The notes: generated by a model not told the origin, from the letters alone. Shown: positions 1 through 10,522, numbered from the stretch's first letter. The stretch: DNA of 64,000 nt from an uncultured Phycisphaeraceae bacterium (GCA_964610975.1 CAZSYN010000002.1:216076-280075); one strand, 5' to 3'. Translations and numbers: made by a program.

Positions 1-531
1 CCACTTTTCCTGCTTGGGGCTGCTGAGCCCGACCCAGAGAATATCAGGCCGAGCCTGATTGATGGCATCAATGCGGCGCTGATCCTCCTGCGCGTAGCCA
101 TCACCAAACGGCGGCGAATAAGTCCCGGCAATCTGAAGTTGCGGGAATTGCGCGACAAGCCGCGAAGCCAGCAAATCAGCAACACCGGGCAGGCCGCCGT
201 AAAAATAATGCCGCCACCCATGACGCACGGATTCCTGGCACATGGCAAAAAGCAGATCCGGGCCATATACGCGGCGCGTGTTGCGGGCGCCGGCCCAGCG
301 GCACAGCCAGACCAGCGGCATACCGTCAGGCGTCACCATGCCTGCACGGTTATGTATGCCGCGCAATTCAAGATCACGCCGGCATCGCATCACGCCGTGC
401 ACATCACGCACGCAAACGTAATTCTGCTCGCGCGCTTTAACCCATCCGGCAATCGTCTCAACGGCCTGAGTCATATCAATCGCACTGATGCCGACTCCCA
501 GAACATTCACACGATGAATTGAATCAGTCAT
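1..531 (-). CDS. WecB/TagA/CpsF-family (GT26) glycosyltransferase, 3' part runs off window start
   Basis: Minus-strand frame from ATG at 531-529 reads MTDSIHRVNVLGVGISAIDMTQAVETIAGWVKAREQNYVCVRDVHGVM...TPDGMPLVW...YFYGG...LSSPKQEKW without a stop to position 1. This matches the WecG/TagA N-acetylmannosaminyltransferase pattern. The start overlaps the upstream gene's stop by 8 nt. Not in the supplied ORF track, which has no minus-strand ORF over 1-523 (this frame has no stop before position 1). Confidence 0.6.
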   Translation of the reverse strand, partial: MTDSIHRVNVLGVGISAIDMTQAVETIAGWVKAREQNYVCVRDVHGVMRCRRDLELRGIHNRAGMVTPDGMPLVWLCRWAGARNTRRVYGPDLLFAMCQESVRHGWRHYFYGGLPGVADLLASRLVAQFPQLQIAGTYSPPFGDGYAQEDQRRIDAINQARPDILWVGLSSPKQEKW

Positions 532-1879
532 GGTGAATCTCCAGCTCGTCCTGGCTTTTTTCAGACAGACACATGGCGATCCCCAGCATGATCCAGTATG
601 CGGCATTATGCATGGGGCGCTCAAAAAAAAGTACAAAAAAGGCATATCCGGACATGGCAAAGAGCATGGCGCCTGCGGCCAGGCGATCCGGATCAACACG
701 ATGGCGCGCATGTTGCTCCCGCATTAATCGCTTGTGCAGATGCCAGGCAATCACACCATGCAGAAAAAGCAAAAGCAGCAGTCCGACAATGCCCATGCGT
801 GCCAGAACCATCAAATAGGTGTTGTGCGGCATGCCCTGATTAAATCCCGATCCTTCGGCCTCTGATGGCGGCACAAGCATCGGATCAACAATCGGTGTTA
901 CAAATCCCACGCCAAAAATGGGAGACCCCTGCCAGATCATCAGCGTAGAGGCCCATCGCAAAAGCCGCCATGACGCATTGGCGTCATCACCAGGCGCCAG
1001 GGCGCTGACGAGAGCCATGCGCAGCTTGGCAAACTGATCGCCCATCGGCAGAAAATCCCCCGCATCCGAAAGTAACAAAACCCCGACAAACGCAACTAAC
1101 ACAAAAACCAGCACCATCATTCGCAGGGAGCGGCGATATACAAATAGCATATACATGCATGCAAGTGATATTCCGACAAATCCTGCGCGCGTTTGCCCAA
1201 GCGCCAGCGCGGGAAGGCACAATACGATAAAAAATAAATGGACCATGCGCCGGCGCGCCGAGGCAATCGCAAGCGCCGTCAGGCCAACGAGCGTAAAGGC
1301 CAGCATCCCGCCGACGTCGCCGCCGCCGACACCGGAAATAGACCCGGCGGATGTGGTGCGCAGCGAAGTGGCGTAAAGGCCGGTAAACCCGCCGCCGGCA
1401 TAATCAATCAACAGCATGGCCGCGAGTATAACTCCGCTGTAGATCATCAATCGCAAAAGAAAAGCAGCATGACGCGGCGCGCCCAGAGCCTTAACGGTAA
1501 GCGGCAAAAAAAGGATATATGCAAAAATGGCGCAGTCATGAGCGGCCGACAGCAGTGACTGCCCGGCGGAAAGGCCAAAACGCATCAGAGCCATGATCAG
1601 GATGCACACAATCAGCACAGTGACCAGCCGTCCCGCCGGATGATGACAGGCCCAATTGAATGGCCAATGCAAAGAACGCACGGAAGTAAGAACCAGAAGC
1701 AGGCCTAAAATCAGATCCGTTAAAAAAAGAGGAACCCCGCCGACGGGTATATTCAGCTTGGCCGCCTCAATATGCCCGATACGAGTCAGCAGTAAATAGG
1801 CGATCAACAGGATACAGCGAAAGCCCACTTGCGGAATGCGTATATCAAGCAATGCGGGATCAAGTGTTGTGCGAGTCAT
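524..1879 (-). CDS. O-antigen ligase / polymerase family membrane protein (Wzy_C-like)
   Basis: 451 aa, about 10-12 hydrophobic helices. Has a periplasmic-loop motif ...GFNQGMPHNTYLMVLARMGIVGLLLL, the H-N-x-Y-L signature of the Wzy_C / WaaL family. ATG overlaps the stop of the upstream pyruvyl transferase. Confidence 0.6.
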   Translation of the reverse strand: MTRTTLDPALLDIRIPQVGFRCILLIAYLLLTRIGHIEAAKLNIPVGGVPLFLTDLILGLLLVLTSVRSLHWPFNWACHHPAGRLVTVLIVCILIMALMRFGLSAGQSLLSAAHDCAIFAYILFLPLTVKALGAPRHAAFLLRLMIYSGVILAAMLLIDYAGGGFTGLYATSLRTTSAGSISGVGGGDVGGMLAFTLVGLTALAIASARRRMVHLFFIVLCLPALALGQTRAGFVGISLACMYMLFVYRRSLRMMVLVFVLVAFVGVLLLSDAGDFLPMGDQFAKLRMALVSALAPGDDANASWRLLRWASTLMIWQGSPIFGVGFVTPIVDPMLVPPSEAEGSGFNQGMPHNTYLMVLARMGIVGLLLLLFLHGVIAWHLHKRLMREQHARHRVDPDRLAAGAMLFAMSGYAFFVLFFERPMHNAAYWIMLGIAMCLSEKSQDELEIHHD

Positions 1880-3090
1880 TATGAGTCTCCCGCATTGGCG
1901 CGAATCAGAGACAATCCGCCATTTTGGGGCGGCGCCAGCATATGACTGCGGTGCAATTCGGCCAGCATCAAAGCGAGATACTCATATTGCGCATGCTGCT
2001 TGAGAGAGCGCAGCCCCTCTGATATCAATTCGCCATCATGCTCAAAATCATGACAGACTTGCAGAATATCACTTGGCGTTACGGTGCGTATATCCAGAAC
2101 CGGCAGCTTAAATTGACGAACCAGATCCGCCCGGCTGTCACCTCCGATTGCCAGCGCGGGCCTGTTCATGGATGCGGCCGCGGCCGCCCCGTGAACACGA
2201 TTACAGATCGCAAAATAGGCTTTTGAGTACGCTGCCAGCAGAACTGTGCCCTCCCGACTGCACACCAGCGGCCTGCCGGGAAACCATTGCGCCGCCGTGC
2301 GTGCCTCATCTTCACTATGGCAGACCAAAAGCACGCGATGTTTCTTTTCTATCTGCGGCAGCACCTGCCGTATGGTCTTTTCCCACCGATGCGGATCAAG
2401 CGATTGGCCGCGCGACGTGTGCACACCGGCCGGCATGATGTTGATGGCGACATACTCAGGCGTCTGCGGCCTGATGCCGGCGCCTTCGGAGGCCCACAAT
2501 GAAGTGCACGGCAGCACGGGCACCTGATAACCAAGCTGGGAAAGAATGGTTGCCGTCAATTCGTCACGCGCGGTTATCAGTGCTGTGCGATTCAGTGATT
2601 GATGCAGGAACGAAGTCACGCGCCGATCCGATAAAACATCCTGAATGCGGGAACTATCATCAATGCTGGTGCCGGCCGCGAGATTCATGACGGGTTTATC
2701 CCGCATGACGTGAATTAACCGTCCCCATGTGGGCGACACCCATTCGGCATTGGCGCTTGTGCACGGCAGCACATGCGTGTGCTGTCTGAAAATAAACGGC
2801 GTTCCGGCAAAAACAACAAGATCAGTCCGGGCAAGTTTGTCTGAAGATGTCCCGTTTATAATCCGCATTGCTTGATACAATAGCGGGCTCAGCAGGCGAT
2901 GCGGCGTTCGGCGACGCTGGCAAAAATGCTCATACAATGTCCGAGGATCATGCTTATGCACATAGCTATAATTAACTGAAGGAATAATTTGCTTGAACAG
3001 GTGTTCCTGCCCAAGCCGTATTAATTCATCACCGGGATTGTGATGTAAAGTCGTGATAAACAGGATATTCACAGTACGCGGAGTGTTCAT
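1879..3090 (-). CDS. polysaccharide pyruvyl transferase family protein (CsaB/WcaK-like)
   Basis: Likely start is MNTPRTVNILF... at 3090 (ATGA overlap with the Wzx stop). Has the NPGDELI motif and the C-terminal NRVHGAAAAASMNRPALAIGGDSRADLV block typical of the PS_pyruv_trans family. Confidence 0.55.
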   Translation of the reverse strand: MNTPRTVNILFITTLHHNPGDELIRLGQEHLFKQIIPSVNYSYVHKHDPRTLYEHFCQRRRTPHRLLSPLLYQAMRIINGTSSDKLARTDLVVFAGTPFIFRQHTHVLPCTSANAEWVSPTWGRLIHVMRDKPVMNLAAGTSIDDSSRIQDVLSDRRVTSFLHQSLNRTALITARDELTATILSQLGYQVPVLPCTSLWASEGAGIRPQTPEYVAINIMPAGVHTSRGQSLDPHRWEKTIRQVLPQIEKKHRVLLVCHSEDEARTAAQWFPGRPLVCSREGTVLLAAYSKAYFAICNRVHGAAAAASMNRPALAIGGDSRADLVRQFKLPVLDIRTVTPSDILQVCHDFEHDGELISEGLRSLKQHAQYEYLALMLAELHRSHMLAPPQNGGLSLIRANAGDS

Positions 3091-4367
3091 GCCGCTTGCT
3101 CCAGTATGGGCCGCTGGCTTGCCGCGCGTGCCCGGCGCGCGGCAAGCCAATGCGCCAGAATGAGTGAGAGCGCGCTCTCACACATCATGCCAAACATGGC
3201 CCCGGTCACCCCCCACCATCTGACAAGCGGCACAATGCCGGCCAGCAGCAGAAGTGTTCCGGAAAGCCGGGAAATCAGAACGCCTTCCGGATAGCCTGTC
3301 ATTCCGAGTTGAACAACCAGCAGCGAATTTAATCCGTTCACCAGCGCCAGAAAGCAGTAACCTGCCGCCAGCGGCGCCAGGAAATCAAAATGTTTTTGCA
3401 GGATCACATCCGAAAATGGCCCCGCGGCCAGGCAGGCCGGCACGCCATAACCAAGAGTCAGCAGAATTAAAATGATATACCAGCGCGAGATAAAAACCCC
3501 CATGCCGGATACACCATTTTGACGCCATGCGCGCGATACGCCCGGAATGGTAAATGACGTAATCCCGGCCACCACAACCTGAAGCGGCGCAATGACCTGC
3601 CGCGCAGCTTCAACTCCGGCCAGCGCCGACATTCCGGCGATAGAGCCTGTTGCCATCAGCACGATGCGCCGCGATACAATAATCATGATATTTGAGGGCG
3701 CATACATGCGGGCCACCGGCAGATAGCCGCGCATGACGTCACGCACCTTGAGTGCGGATGCTGGCAAGCGGCGGAGTTTTATAGCCGAAAAAAAATATCC
3801 CGCCGCCGCGCCGACGGATAACGCAACAAGGCCGGCGTAAAGCGCGGAGTATTTTACCATATGACACAGGATCAGCGCGGCCACGGATATTGCGGCATAA
3901 CCAATATCCGCAAGCAACACAGACCTGCCGTCATTGATGCAAAATAAGATGCGGCGATTTATCTCGTGCAGAGTTGTCATCAACATGACCGGCGATATCA
4001 GCAAGGCCGCCATCACATTGGGGCTGAACTTCCCTTCTGCCCACCACATCACACAGGCGCACAATAACGCCGCGACGGCAAGAATCACTCCGTATAGCGC
4101 AGAAAGGATGCGTGTCGGCCGAAATATTTCCGGCTCATGCCTCATGCTCATCGGCAGCCAGATTGCGCCGCGATGAAGATCCGCCGCCCCAAGTACGATC
4201 AACAACAAAAATGCATATAAACCAAGATCCAGCTTGCTTGCGTATCTGCCGACATAAAGTCCCATGATAAAATTTGCGCCTGAATACACAATCTGATCGG
4301 CCATCGCCACAACGGCCGAATGCCGCCAGAGCGAGACGTATTTTGAAATTAAACGTTCAGGTGTCAT
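3087..4367 (-). CDS. wzx: oligosaccharide flippase (Wzx / MOP superfamily polysaccharide biosynthesis protein)
   Basis: 426 aa, about 12 TM helices. Sits among Wzy, glycosyltransferase and Wzc genes; composition is typical of Wzx/RfbX flippases. Confidence 0.55.
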   Translation of the reverse strand: MTPERLISKYVSLWRHSAVVAMADQIVYSGANFIMGLYVGRYASKLDLGLYAFLLLIVLGAADLHRGAIWLPMSMRHEPEIFRPTRILSALYGVILAVAALLCACVMWWAEGKFSPNVMAALLISPVMLMTTLHEINRRILFCINDGRSVLLADIGYAAISVAALILCHMVKYSALYAGLVALSVGAAAGYFFSAIKLRRLPASALKVRDVMRGYLPVARMYAPSNIMIIVSRRIVLMATGSIAGMSALAGVEAARQVIAPLQVVVAGITSFTIPGVSRAWRQNGVSGMGVFISRWYIILILLTLGYGVPACLAAGPFSDVILQKHFDFLAPLAAGYCFLALVNGLNSLLVVQLGMTGYPEGVLISRLSGTLLLLAGIVPLVRWWGVTGAMFGMMCESALSLILAHWLAARRARAASQRPILEQAA

Positions 4368-4382
4368 ACGTAATCACTTCCG

Positions 4383-5582
4383 TTATGCCGATTGATACGT
4401 CCATTTAGCATGGCGCGGCCGTGATGACTTGAGCTGCGCCAGCGCATGCAGCAACTGGTTTTTCACCATCTGCGAAGTCAGCAACTGCATGCAGATCGGA
4501 GCGCGATGTATGCAGCGATCAAAACACGGCCGGCACGGCATCGGCTCAACCATCACCACGGAATCACATTTTCCGCTGGGGCCAAACAATCGTGGGCATG
4601 CCGGTCCGTAAATGCCGACAACCCGGCTGCCGCATGCCGATGCCAGATGCAGAACGCCGCCATCAACGGCGAGGGTAATGTCCACCGCGTGCAGCAAACC
4701 TTTAAGGTCACTCAGTTTCGTCTGCCAGGGTATCAGCAGAATATGTTTGGGCACTCTTACCGTGGGGAGTTTTTCATGAGGCTCAAGAACCCATATGACC
4801 GCACCGATATATTCCGGCAGATCCTCAAGCACCTGCTCAAACTGACTCACGGGCCACTTGCGAATCGGATTCCCCGCGCCATTGCTGACGGCCAGTATCA
4901 ACCCATTGCGGTATCCCTGTTTTCGCAATACACCAAGCGCACGGCAGGTGCTGTGCATATCGGCGTTCATCACGGGAAGATCATCAGTTTTTTGGCCCGT
5001 TATTTTCTCTGCGGCGGCAACCGCGTCATGCCGCGTATGCCAGGGTTCTGATAAATGCGGCGGCCGGCCCAAATTCAAATCAAGCCAATATTTTCCGCCG
5101 GAAGCGCCGTAGGCCGCTTTAGCCCGCGCGGATAACAACGCCAACTGCATCAATTCGCGCGGATCATGTCTGATGCTGATGAGCAAATCCCACGAGTGCG
5201 TCCTGAGAGCGCGAAGCTGCTGTAAAAATACGCGCCATTCTTTTTTCCAGAAACGATATTTTCCTGTGTACTGTGTCCACGGCGGAACCAGCACGTGAAC
5301 TTGGTCGCACAATCCGGTATCAACAAACAGGTCATTCAGCCACGGTTTACCGATGAGTTCAATGGACGCTTTCGGCCAGCGTTTTCGCAAGCCTGCCAAA
5401 AGCGGCTGCGCCAATATCGCATCACCGATGCCCCACTGCTGAATCACGCCGATTTTCGGAGACAAATGGCCCGAAGACTCAAATGATTTCCACGCGCCGT
5501 GAGGTCTTTTCCCAAACCATGAGATCACATCGGCAATCTTGGTCATCATATGAATTTTGTCATCACGCCGAGACATGGCCAT
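4383..5582 (-). CDS. glycosyltransferase family 9 (heptosyltransferase-like)
   Basis: Has GIGDAILAQPLL near the N-terminus and LAVDGGVLHLASACGSRVVGIYGP near the C-terminus (GT9 RfaF/RfaC-type motifs). Probable start is MAMSRRDDK at 5582, which overlaps the CpsB stop as TGATG. Carries a Cys-rich C-terminal tail. Confidence 0.6.
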   Translation of the reverse strand: MAMSRRDDKIHMMTKIADVISWFGKRPHGAWKSFESSGHLSPKIGVIQQWGIGDAILAQPLLAGLRKRWPKASIELIGKPWLNDLFVDTGLCDQVHVLVPPWTQYTGKYRFWKKEWRVFLQQLRALRTHSWDLLISIRHDPRELMQLALLSARAKAAYGASGGKYWLDLNLGRPPHLSEPWHTRHDAVAAAEKITGQKTDDLPVMNADMHSTCRALGVLRKQGYRNGLILAVSNGAGNPIRKWPVSQFEQVLEDLPEYIGAVIWVLEPHEKLPTVRVPKHILLIPWQTKLSDLKGLLHAVDITLAVDGGVLHLASACGSRVVGIYGPACPRLFGPSGKCDSVVMVEPMPCRPCFDRCIHRAPICMQLLTSQMVKNQLLHALAQLKSSRPRHAKWTYQSA

Positions 5583-6406
5583 CACCGCCGATTCATTTCG
5601 TGCTCGCCAGGCGAGCGGGAAGGAGCAATGTTGCATTTCTCATACACCGGCTCATTATTCATCAGCCGTTGCTGCAAATCATAATTGAATGCATCCCCGG
5701 CATGGCGCCCCAGCCATTGCCACGCATCGCGAATCACCTCCAGATGTTCCTGCTTGTGCAGATCACTTCCCACCAAATCAATTAATCCGGCGCGCAATAA
5801 TTTTCGTGCGATATGCGCCGCTTTTGGCCCATACTGACCGACAAAAGATCCCAGGTTCACCTGAAGTTTAACCCCCGCCTCGCGCCAATCCCGGCAAACA
5901 TTCAGATCATTCATATTCTGAATAAATGCGTATCGTTCAACATGCGCCAACACGGGAGTGATGTTCAAATCGCAGCATTGATTGATAAACCGCTCAAAAT
6001 AAACAGGCAGATCATATTTCGGCAATTCAAACAGCAGCATGCGGCCATGTTGATTCAGATACAAAAGCTCATGGACGCGCTCGCGAAAATAATCCACCAT
6101 CTGCGCGTCCAGGAAATATTCCGCAGCAAGCCGCAAATGAAATTCAGGAAACATTTCGTGCGCGGCGGCTGACATTTTTTCAAATTGTCCCCGCAGGCTC
6201 GCTTCTGTATTTCTAAAAACATCCGCATAAATATGCGGCGTTAAAATCGCGCCGGAATATCTCAATGCCAAAAGGCCATGAATGCAGCGCAGCATATCCT
6301 CCTGCGTTGCCGCGCCGTCATCGACATTTGGCAAAAGGTGGCAATGCATGTCATAACGCACGCTCGCCGCATTTAGTTTTGCCTGAAAGACAGAAAACAA
6401 ATTCAA
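5582..6406 (-). CDS. PHP-family manganese-dependent protein-tyrosine phosphatase (CpsB/CapC/YwqE type)
   Basis: N-terminal DMHCHLLPNVDDGA matches the CpsB signature DIHCHILPGIDDG. Has a further His/Asp-containing PHP-fold block. Lies immediately downstream of the Wzc kinase. Confidence 0.7.
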   Translation of the reverse strand: MNLFSVFQAKLNAASVRYDMHCHLLPNVDDGAATQEDMLRCIHGLLALRYSGAILTPHIYADVFRNTEASLRGQFEKMSAAAHEMFPEFHLRLAAEYFLDAQMVDYFRERVHELLYLNQHGRMLLFELPKYDLPVYFERFINQCCDLNITPVLAHVERYAFIQNMNDLNVCRDWREAGVKLQVNLGSFVGQYGPKAAHIARKLLRAGLIDLVGSDLHKQEHLEVIRDAWQWLGRHAGDAFNYDLQQRLMNNEPVYEKCNIAPSRSPGEHEMNRR

Positions 6407-6468
6407 GACAATCTCCCCATGATCATCCCGTCATCAACAACTCTTCGCGCGCCGATTTCAGCGCATCA

Positions 6469-8874
6469 TCATTTTTGTGCGTACTGCCGGCTCTGCATTT
6501 TGGTCACAATTTTTCCTGTCGCCTGGCCTGATTCATTGCCGTATCCATAACCATAGCCATATGCGGCATGAGATCCCGTTGAGTTAACAATCAACCCCAC
6601 ATGACGGTTAACGGCCTGCAATTCATCAACATGATGGCGGAATCCGTTGCGCAATGTCTTTTTAAGCCGGCACACGCACAGGATGCGATTGACCTGTTCC
6701 GCCAGGATCAGCGCCGTTGTGGTGGCCGGATATGGCGGCGCATCAAGGACGGTAAAGCTGTAATGTTCGCGGGCATAATCAATCAATTGCTGCATGCCCG
6801 GCGATTCAATCAATTCAACTGGCGATGGCGGCGTGGGCCCGGCGCATATCAAATCAAATTCACGCCCATCCGGCAGACTCACCGTTCGTATTATCTGTTC
6901 AAGCGAAGCCTGGCTGTTCAGATATTCCGACAGGCCCGGGCTCACCGGTTGTTCAAAAATATCCGCCAGTGATTGTTTATGCATATCGCAATCAATGAGT
7001 AAAACGCGATCAACACGTTCAGAGCGGCACAGCGTGGCCGCAAGATTGACCGAAATTGTCGTTTTCCCTTCTCCCGGCATTGAGCTTGTCAGCATCACAA
7101 TCTGAGATTTTTTCCCGGCCATTGAGTGAAGCAGATTGGTCCTGAGCTGGCGGATTGATTCAAGAAACGGACTTTGCATTTTAAGATCAATCGTTTCGCG
7201 CGAAGCCCTGCGCAAACGCCGGCCACGGCCGGGAACAACGGCAAAAACTGGCTGCTCAAAACTATTTTTGATCTGCGTGACATCCGTATAGTAATTGGTC
7301 ATCGCCGTCTTCAGAATCAGCGCGGCAAAAGCGCTGATGGCGCCCAGCGCCACGGCAATCAGCCCGCTGTTGAGCGGTTTGGGAAAGTTCACTTTAAGCG
7401 GCAAAATGGCCTGCCCCACCACGTGCAGATCCGTTGTCGTGCTGGCCACGGCAATCTGCGTATTTTGCTGCTGCTTGAACAGGAACAGATAAAGTTCCTC
7501 ATACAGTTGCGTCGTGCGCATGTGCTCGGCCAGCACGCGAGCCGATATCGGCATCTTTTTGAATTTGGCCTGATATTCATCCACCACGCGGCTTAATTCA
7601 GCGCGATCACTTTGGGTGCGTTCATAGTAACGCTCAAGCGTTTCCTTAAGCTGGGCCTGCGTTTTATTTCGCACTTCAAGGCGGTCTTTCAGAGGCGGAT
7701 ATTCAGAAGAGAACCGCGATTCAAGCGCCGCGATTTCTTTGCTCTGGTCAATCAGATCGCCGGCCAGTTTCTGCAATACCGCGTCATCCATAAACGCATA
7801 CAGATACGCATCGGCATTGGGCTTGTTGATATTTTTCAGCAGGTTCTCCATCTCCGCCAGTTTGACATCCGCTTCTTTAAGCTTGACTTCACTTTCAACA
7901 AGCTGCGTGACCTGGGCCTCAACCTGCGGCTCAAGCGAGATCAGGCCCGATTCACTCTGATAACGCGCCAGGTTTTCCGATGTGCGCGTCAGGTTATTTT
8001 TCAGATCCGCAACCTGGCTGTTCACATATTCAAGAAGAGCCCGCGACGATTCGGTGGCCCATCCCTGTTTGATCCGGCCAAATTCGCTGATGATTCCCGT
8101 CACCACATTTCGGGCAACATACGGCGATTCGGCGGTATAGGATATTTTGATCACATTGCTGGTGCGATTGGCAATTTTGCCGCCTCCGCCGCTGACGTCC
8201 AGCGCTTTTGAAAAATCTTCCAGTAAAAGCGATGCCGGCGTTAATTTCAGCGTCATGTCCGTTCCCGCGGCCACGGGCGTATCCAGATGTTCTCCATTGA
8301 GAATAAACTGGCTCCCGCCGATTTGAACGGGTTTATTGAGTGCGCTTTGAACAACTTTGTCCGGTGATGTCACATCATAAATGGAAAATTTTCTGCCATT
8401 TTCAAACTGTATCCTGTAGGTCCTCACTCCCAGCAGTTCGCCTTCAACGGCCTGAACCCAAATTCCGTTGGCATAGGCGCTGACATCCCGGCTCAGCCAC
8501 TGATTCGCGCTGCGCGGCGTTGACGGAAGATACATGCCCGGCCCGGTAAGCTCGGCATTCAATCCCAGCTTGTTAATCACGGTGATCGCCAGATCACTGC
8601 TGCAAAGCAGATCCTTGTGCGATTCCACATTCTCGCCGCCGGCCCCCAGCAGCGGCATCAGCCCGCCCAGCGCGCTGGCCGAGACATCCGATTTTTCTTC
8701 AATATAAATCGCGCCCGAACTGGTGTATTTGGGCCTGAGAATCGCAAGAACAGACAAAACCAGCAGCATCACCGCCAGCCAGACAATCACGATCCGCCCC
8801 CAGTTCTGGCGGCAGATCATGACAATTTCCCGCAGGGAGATTTCTTTATTTTGTGCGTGATCCTGTTCCGGCAT
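6469..8874 (-). CDS. wzc: polysaccharide co-polymerase / BY-kinase (Wzc / GumC-EpsB fusion type)
   Basis: 801 aa. N-terminal TM, a Wzz-like periplasmic coiled-coil region and a second TM. Cytoplasmic Walker A (SSMPGEGKTTISVNLA), A' (LLIDCDMHKQS) and B (FTVLDAPP) motifs. C-terminal tyrosine cluster YGYGYGYG. Confidence 0.85.
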   Translation of the reverse strand: MPEQDHAQNKEISLREIVMICRQNWGRIVIVWLAVMLLVLSVLAILRPKYTSSGAIYIEEKSDVSASALGGLMPLLGAGGENVESHKDLLCSSDLAITVINKLGLNAELTGPGMYLPSTPRSANQWLSRDVSAYANGIWVQAVEGELLGVRTYRIQFENGRKFSIYDVTSPDKVVQSALNKPVQIGGSQFILNGEHLDTPVAAGTDMTLKLTPASLLLEDFSKALDVSGGGGKIANRTSNVIKISYTAESPYVARNVVTGIISEFGRIKQGWATESSRALLEYVNSQVADLKNNLTRTSENLARYQSESGLISLEPQVEAQVTQLVESEVKLKEADVKLAEMENLLKNINKPNADAYLYAFMDDAVLQKLAGDLIDQSKEIAALESRFSSEYPPLKDRLEVRNKTQAQLKETLERYYERTQSDRAELSRVVDEYQAKFKKMPISARVLAEHMRTTQLYEELYLFLFKQQQNTQIAVASTTTDLHVVGQAILPLKVNFPKPLNSGLIAVALGAISAFAALILKTAMTNYYTDVTQIKNSFEQPVFAVVPGRGRRLRRASRETIDLKMQSPFLESIRQLRTNLLHSMAGKKSQIVMLTSSMPGEGKTTISVNLAATLCRSERVDRVLLIDCDMHKQSLADIFEQPVSPGLSEYLNSQASLEQIIRTVSLPDGREFDLICAGPTPPSPVELIESPGMQQLIDYAREHYSFTVLDAPPYPATTTALILAEQVNRILCVCRLKKTLRNGFRHHVDELQAVNRHVGLIVNSTGSHAAYGYGYGYGNESGQATGKIVTKMQSRQYAQK

Positions 8875-8891
8875 ATGCGTATTTACCCACC

Positions 8892-10511
8892 TTAAAAATC
8901 AAGGCTCAGGCCGATATTCCCGATCGGCACAACGGATGCTTCTCCGGTACCGTTCGCCTTGCTCAGATCTCTGGCGGAATCTCCCAGCACCATCACATGG
9001 CATCCCAAAGTCAGCATCCAGCGAAAACTCCGACCGCCATCGGCCGGTATGTTTGCCAGCGGAATTTTCAAATCAACGCCCGTCTCAAAGTAACCAAAAA
9101 AATCATCGTGTCCGGTGGTATCTTCGTAATAATTGGCAAGACTCATGCCGACCCTGGCGGGCACCGCCATCATCACCGGCTTATCAGGCGAAAGATCAAA
9201 AAGTTTGAACTCAGGCCGCGCGCCCAGTTCAAGATACGTTCCCGTCTGAAAACGGGAACTTGTGGAATTGGCATTTGAAATCCACCCGCCATCCGATTGA
9301 TTTTCGTATTCAACTGAAACAGTGGCGTAAGGATTAAGACTCCAGTTGTAGTTGGGATCGCGATCATCAAAAGCCAGCGTGAAATTAAACTGATGAACAT
9401 CACGATACGCCGTTCGGATGGACTCCATGTTGTCATAATCAATGGTAAAGGCCCATCTTTGCAGGAACCCAAAGGTCACGCCGCCATACCAGTCAAATTC
9501 CTGCCATTTTTCGCCGGTTGTTCCGTCCCCGCCGTAGGGCCCCCAGAAATGTCCGCCGCGGAAACCAAAATTCAGATCCACATAATCCAGAACGTTGTTC
9601 GGCTCGGTACTCCACGAATTATCAAAAATTCGCAACCTGGTGGCCAGCCAGGGCTCAAGGATAATATTCTGATTTTCGCGCCCGATTCCGCGGTAGTAGT
9701 ATGCGCTCATGGTATCAACCCCGGCCGAGAGCGAGAGCCGCCAGCGATCCTTATGTTCTATGATTTCGCTGTTATCTCCCGGCACCGCCCCCATCGTTGT
9801 TGCGGGCTCCGCAACCCGAACGGGTTGAATCATTTCCTGCTCACCAGGCGTTGGCCGCCCCCCTTCCGCAGCGGAAATACGCGTGGACGGAGCAGTTTCA
9901 GATGACGCCTGGCTTGCTGCGTCTCCGAAAACTGCTCGCGCCACGCCAGTGGGGATCTTTGCCCCGCCCCTTGATGATGCCCCTATCAGGACATGGGCAT
10001 ACTGGGCGTCAGGACATGTCAGCGTCAATTCTTCCGCATTATTCTTCAGCACCAGCCCAATCCACCGGCCACGCAAAGACACCATCTCGCGGCCGTTGAC
10101 CGTAACCGACGGACTCTGCGCCGAACCATTCAATTCAATCACATTCCGCCGATCCGGCTCAAGCGGAATTTCAAGAGCCAGCGCCTTCCCTCCCGCTAAA
10201 ACACAGCTCGCCGCATCCGTCAGCATCTCCAGAACAACGCGCTTGTTCTTAAACTCTCCGCTTTTGAGCGACAAAACGGCTTGCTGATTCTGGCCGTCCG
10301 GCACAAAAACCAGCGTGGGATCCGCCTGTGACGAGAACCAGTGCGTATTGACTTGTGCGTCGGAAAGATAAGGGCAATCCGCCATAGCCAAGCAGGCCCC
10401 GCCTGTTTCTATCACCAAAGCCATCGCCACATAACGCGATACGGTGAGCGGCCCCAAAACCTCCTTCATAACCCACATGTGCGACATCCTTATCCTGCCA
10501 TTCATGAACAA
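8892..10511 (-). CDS. hypothetical outer-membrane beta-barrel protein in the EPS locus
   Basis: 539 aa. Signal-like N-terminus (LTVSRYVAMALVIETGGACLAMA). The C-terminal ~330 aa are rich in alternating aromatic/hydrophilic strands and end in ...GLSLDF with a terminal Phe, the OMP beta-barrel signature. No family recognised. Confidence 0.4.
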   Translation of the reverse strand: MFMNGRIRMSHMWVMKEVLGPLTVSRYVAMALVIETGGACLAMADCPYLSDAQVNTHWFSSQADPTLVFVPDGQNQQAVLSLKSGEFKNKRVVLEMLTDAASCVLAGGKALALEIPLEPDRRNVIELNGSAQSPSVTVNGREMVSLRGRWIGLVLKNNAEELTLTCPDAQYAHVLIGASSRGGAKIPTGVARAVFGDAASQASSETAPSTRISAAEGGRPTPGEQEMIQPVRVAEPATTMGAVPGDNSEIIEHKDRWRLSLSAGVDTMSAYYYRGIGRENQNIILEPWLATRLRIFDNSWSTEPNNVLDYVDLNFGFRGGHFWGPYGGDGTTGEKWQEFDWYGGVTFGFLQRWAFTIDYDNMESIRTAYRDVHQFNFTLAFDDRDPNYNWSLNPYATVSVEYENQSDGGWISNANSTSSRFQTGTYLELGARPEFKLFDLSPDKPVMMAVPARVGMSLANYYEDTTGHDDFFGYFETGVDLKIPLANIPADGGRSFRWMLTLGCHVMVLGDSARDLSKANGTGEASVVPIGNIGLSLDF

Positions 10512-10522
10512 TTAAAACTTAC

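Noticed and set aside
139-522. 127-aa plus-strand ORF in the track
   Set aside because: It lies antisense to a clear GT26 WecG/TagA-like reading frame that runs off the window start. Its product is low-complexity (Ala/Arg/His-rich) with no motif.
524-1879. Considered whether the 451-aa polytopic protein is the exosortase expected from the many PEP-CTERM proteins
   Set aside because: Its periplasmic-loop H-N-x-Y-L motif fits Wzy_C O-antigen ligase/polymerase, not exosortase. Exosortase is probably encoded outside the window.
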